Positions 63,503 through 64,000 of a stretch of 64,000 bases of DNA are shown here, piece by piece (the first letter of the stretch is position 1; the number at the start of each line of letters is the position of its first letter). This stretch comes from Antedon mediterranea (lineage: Eukaryota; Animalia; Echinodermata), in NCBI RefSeq assembly GCF_964355755.1, contig NC_092672.1:32432437-32496436 (forward strand), read 5' to 3'. The position numbers and the translations under genes are program-made. Under the pieces are notes generated by a model that saw nothing but the letters and a program-made list of their open reading frames with translations, searched no databases and was not told the origin of the DNA.

Positions 63503-64000
63503 ATGAGGAAAGCTAGATGTATATACAGTGTCATACTTATCATTGTACTATTTTGCCAAGAAAGTTGTGCTGTAAGATTTATTTATGAACCAATGGACCA
63601 TTCAACAATAGAAGGAAGAGAAGCATACGTCAATTGTATCTTTACAGATGTCCCAGAAGACATGAAACGCAACTATGATGTCATCTGGACCAAAGATGGG
63701 TACATCATCTGTCAACCAAGAAATGAATTTGACCTGGAACGTATTACTATTCACAATCGATATGACAATGCAAGACACTTTGTGAAGATTGATCCGGTGA
63801 AGAGAGAAGATGCAGGAAGTTACGGTTGTTATTTAAAATATAATGGCAATATTCTGCTTACTTCAGGTATTGGGAAGCTTACTGTGCGTGAAATACCATC
63901 ACAAGAATATCCAATAGTTTAATTTACAAAGTCTGCTTACAAGATTGGAGAAGATGCCTTTGCGACATGTGTATGTGAAAAAACAAATCCTATACCAGAG
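63503..64000 (+). pseudogene. IgSF receptor copy 3, premature stop right after the V domain (pseudogene or secreted V-only form); runs off the window
   Basis: Paralogous to copies 1 and 2. The CGA (Arg) codon is TAA at 63920-63922 and the homologous frame continues (FTKSAYKIGED...). Acceptor at 63481-63482. Confidence 0.8.

Noticed and set aside
63503-63922. Gene-conversion mosaicism in Ig copy 3
   Set aside because: Alternating similarity to copies 1 and 2 is equally explained by independent substitutions; three sequences are insufficient.

Overview
AT-rich animal genomic DNA with spliceosomal introns. It is an invertebrate, and the repeat style suggests a deuterostome such as an echinoderm, but the species cannot be proven from the sequence. 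Genes: (1) the large first coding exon of a Ski/Sno-family gene (minus, 3194-4201); (2) the last two recognisable coding exons of an ARHGEF10/ARHGEF10L-like RhoGEF (minus, 48201-48467 and 23940-24295, about 24 kb apart, splice phases compatible); (3) a plus-strand tandem cluster of single-coding-exon immunoglobulin-superfamily receptor genes (signal peptide, V-set, C2-like, stalk, TM, tail) at 54.5, 59.4 and 63.5 kb plus a fragment, apparently nested antisense in an ARHGEF10 intron. The rest is a dense collection of non-autonomous DNA transposons assigned from TIR/TSD signatures (Harbinger, P-like, Mutator-like, Kolobok, hAT, Tc1/mariner-pogo), three structurally different SINEs, a CR1 LINE 3' fragment, minisatellites and probable excision footprints. 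Most notable: the diversified nested Ig receptor cluster with an unrecognised 45-aa tail repeat, a 5S rRNA-tRNA-CORE chimeric SINE, a P-like MITE 123 bp upstream of the Ski start codon, a 20-bp P-type excision scar, and two Mutator-like families sharing one internal palindromic module. All alignments were done by eye.
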